Positions 63,440-64,000 of a stretch of 64,000 nt of DNA are shown piece by piece. This stretch comes from Callorhinchus milii (lineage: Eukaryota). The DNA is taken from NCBI RefSeq assembly GCF_018977255.1, contig NW_024704743.1, forward strand, positions 744,001 through 808,000, given 5' to 3'. The translations under genes were made by a program, and so were the position numbers. Numbering within the stretch: position 1 is the first letter of the stretch; each line of letters opens with the position of its first letter. The notes beneath the pieces were generated by a model that worked only from the letters and a program-made list of their open reading frames with translations, searched no databases and was not told the origin of the DNA.

Positions 63440-64000
63440 ACGCACACGCACACAAAATAACCAGATTCGGTCAAAATACACCAGGTCACGCGATGCACAC
63501 GTATCCCACAGGGTTCGTTCACAATAACAACAATAATAACGATAATAATCCCGGTGTTTGACGCGGCGCCTCATCGCGCCTTCCCGGCGTCTCAAAGCGC
63601 TTCGCAGGACACGCCGCGAAGCGTAGTGACCGTGCGTTTGGTGGGGGCGAACGTTACGGTGTCGACGACGACGACAACAACAGCACCAAAAGCGGTTCGT
63701 GTGTGCGCTTGAGTAAACAAAGCTGTTTGATCCAGGAAATCATGGAACCCCCTTGGCAAGGTCATGTGTATATATATATATATATATATGTTTGTGTGCG
63801 TGTGTATGTGTGTGCGTGTATGTGTGCGTGAACATGTATGTGCACAGATTTCAGAAAAAAATGTCCAATAATAAATCACTTTCATGGGCTCTTCCCTTTC
63901 TGGAAGTTTCCATGTATACCCTTGAAACAAACAGATCTCTCTCTCTCTCTCTCTCTCTGCTTTTTTTTTCTTTCTCTTTTTCTCTCTCTCTCTCTCTCTC

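Overview
Repeat-rich, GC-rich vertebrate genomic DNA. The SINE/LINE content (Deu-domain SINEs, L2 and CR1 fragments) suggests a cartilaginous fish, possibly a chimaera; this is inference only. The window holds the 5' part of one voltage-gated sodium channel alpha-subunit gene on the minus strand, most like the SCN5A/Nav1.5 (fish scn12a) lineage. Fifteen coding exons between 41088 and 5355 splice into a continuous 2817-nt (939-codon) frame covering the N-terminus, domain I, the I-II linker and domain II up to S6; the gene continues beyond position 1. About 23 kb upstream (41.1-64 kb) contains no other recognisable gene. The most notable observations are: (1) the conserved minor-spliceosome intron appears to end in AA instead of AC (AT-AA); (2) the downstream, adult-position copy of the mutually exclusive DI S3-S4 exon is present but frameshifted, stop-containing and donor-less, with a UG tract upstream and a GCAUG cluster downstream; (3) a 55-bp tandem array built from YY1, CRE and inverted ETS motifs lies just inside the first coding intron; (4) an out-of-frame ATG at -8 opens a 93-codon overlapping ORF; (5) a dispersed repeat family that I could not classify forms inverted pairs, and two decayed hammerhead-like motifs are present. 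I see no CRISPR array, no bona fide tRNA/rRNA gene and no clearly new multi-gene system. Repeat coordinates are approximate; exon coordinates were read base by base.
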